Below, one piece after another: positions 62,401 to 64,000 of a stretch of 64,000 bases of DNA. Under the pieces are notes generated by a model. That model saw nothing but the letters and a program-made list of their open reading frames with translations. It was not told where the DNA came from and ran no database searches. This DNA is from Dudresnaya verticillata. Lineage: Eukaryota. Location of the stretch: assembly GCA_977862235.1 (NCBI GenBank), contig OZ374558.1, positions 1,860,001 to 1,924,000 of the forward strand. Direction: 5' to 3'. The stretch's first letter is position 1, and the number at the start of each line of letters is the position of its first letter. The position numbers and the translations under genes were made by a program.

Positions 62401-64000
62401 CTGCCGTTCGCATTATCCTTGATAGGAAATCCCGGCGCCCTGGAGGTGAGCAGGTTGGTTGACACAGCTGAGGATCGAGCAGGTTGAAATGTGTTTCGCT
62501 CAAAGAAGACCGGTACAAGCAGCGTTCAAAGACCGGTTTTGTCCGGGAAGCGGCAGCGGTTCTGGACGGCGTGACCTTTGTTACATATTAAAGGCCGTCC
62601 CCTCTTCAACCTTGTACGGTCGGCGTGTAGTGGGTAATACAACCACATCTCTATGTCGACGTTGCTCACCGAACACCTTCTTCATCATTCGAACACCATA
62701 GCCGTACAGAGCTTTGCACGAGCCGTCGAAACAGAATTGCACGGATCGCCTGTCGAAGAATCAAGAACGGCACCTACTTCGAATTCCATTCCTTCTGTCT
62801 ATATCAACTGAACCTCGCTAGTCGACATGAAAGCATAGGTAAGATATGTTTTTATAATTGCTCTCCACATCATCATGACGCCGTATAACGGTCTAGTACA
62901 GTTAGAATTAGACTTTCTGCATCGTTCCTTCCTCCTGAATTCTGTAACAGAGTGTTTGCCAATCGTGGAATGGGCCTGGTTGGTCCTCCGAACCTGCTGG
63001 AGATCCCTACAAAACCTAAATAGAGCTCTACTAATATCAACGCAACGTGGCTGAGCAAGCTGTTAAAGAGTCCACCCTTCCGCTGCCGAAACACCCTCGA
63101 CAACGGATGGGCTTCCTACTTCCACACCCACATACCTCAGGATATAGCCAACTTTCAAACATAGATATTGGATATCACAATACCACTTACTAATACTTTC
63201 ATGCCCCATTGCGCCGACCACGTGCCAGGGCGCCAATTTCCAAAGGTCAAGCATACAATAGCTGCAGCTGGCGGACGATCTGAGTTAAACAAGGCACGCA
63301 ACTGCGCGACGAACTGGCGACGTTGCCGTCTCCTGAGCTCTACGCCCACTACGTTCTACGGTTGCGCGAGGATGGCCCCAGCCGGATGAATAGCGATACG
63401 CCTCGAGAGTGGCTCTACATACAAATCTTCTAGGATCTAGACCACCTCTGAACCGAAGCTGAGAGTCATATGCAGAAACGCGCTCCAGGTTGCAGATCGC
63501 GCAGATCCCGCACTCGGCCATGAGAGCGGAATCTTAAGTATGGAACAACGTGTGAACGCATGACGGCGACGGCGATGATATATTGAGAATCGAACGGATC
63601 CCGTTTTCCGCTTGTGGCACAGTGCTCTCCGCAATGTTGCAGCGAAGAATGTGCTGCCGGATATCTTTCGAAAACGGAGTAGTTTTGTGGAACTTTCCGG
63701 CAGCGTCACAATTTCCTAAGACACGGCCAAAAGTAAATCAGAAATTCGTCTTGTACCCTGTTTTAGCACATCATGTAAGTTTGGGGACGGTGCAGTGCCG
63801 CAAGCTGGAAACATGACGAGCGGCGCATTGCGTGAGCGAAAATGTGAGCATTGTCGGGACGTGCGAGATGAGACGAGCCTCGCATGACCGCGCCGCCAGT
63901 ACCTTCGAAGGTACACCGCACCTCAACGGGATGCTTTCCTGAGATATGCAAGCCTTGTCGTCCTTATCGCGTTGAAGGCCCACAGTGGCATTCACATGCA

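Larger units (their letters stand above)
1..64000. repeat. Tandem array of a ~14,017-bp unit (~4.57 near-identical head-to-tail copies)
   Basis: The ORF track repeats at offsets of 14017, 14005, 14017 and 14017 (e.g. the 369-aa ORF at 1059, 15076, 29081, 43098, 57115). The window-start sequence caggcgttccatctggc recurs at 14018, 28023, 42040 and 56057. Confidence 0.98.

Overview
The window is eukaryotic-looking DNA made up entirely of a head-to-tail tandem array of a ~14.0-kb unit, about 4.57 copies. Arbitrary unit boundaries are 1-14017, 14018-28022 (14,005 bp, with a 12-bp deletion), 28023-42039, 42040-56056 and 56057-64000 (partial). The array runs off both ends, and by eye I found only about 7 differences between units. 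Each unit is a mosaic of six main parts. (1) An intact, intronless, divergent casein kinase 1 (CK1)-family kinase gene on the minus strand, with a probable MGQAFS myristoylation-type start. (2) An intact orphan basic/coiled-coil ORF of ~295-369 aa. (3) A 5'-truncated non-LTR retrotransposon carrying a restriction-like endonuclease (RLE) domain, flanked by a 99-bp target-site duplication and fused in frame to an upstream ATG. (4) Two remnants of a second non-LTR family, one precisely delimited by an empty site in the same unit. (5) A 1.16-kb internal direct duplication. (6) A C2H2 zinc-finger pseudogene broken by an inverted, triplicated copy of its own inter-finger linker. Several minisatellites are also present. 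I recognised no rRNA, tRNA or CRISPR array. All family assignments come from motif recognition by eye, not database searches.
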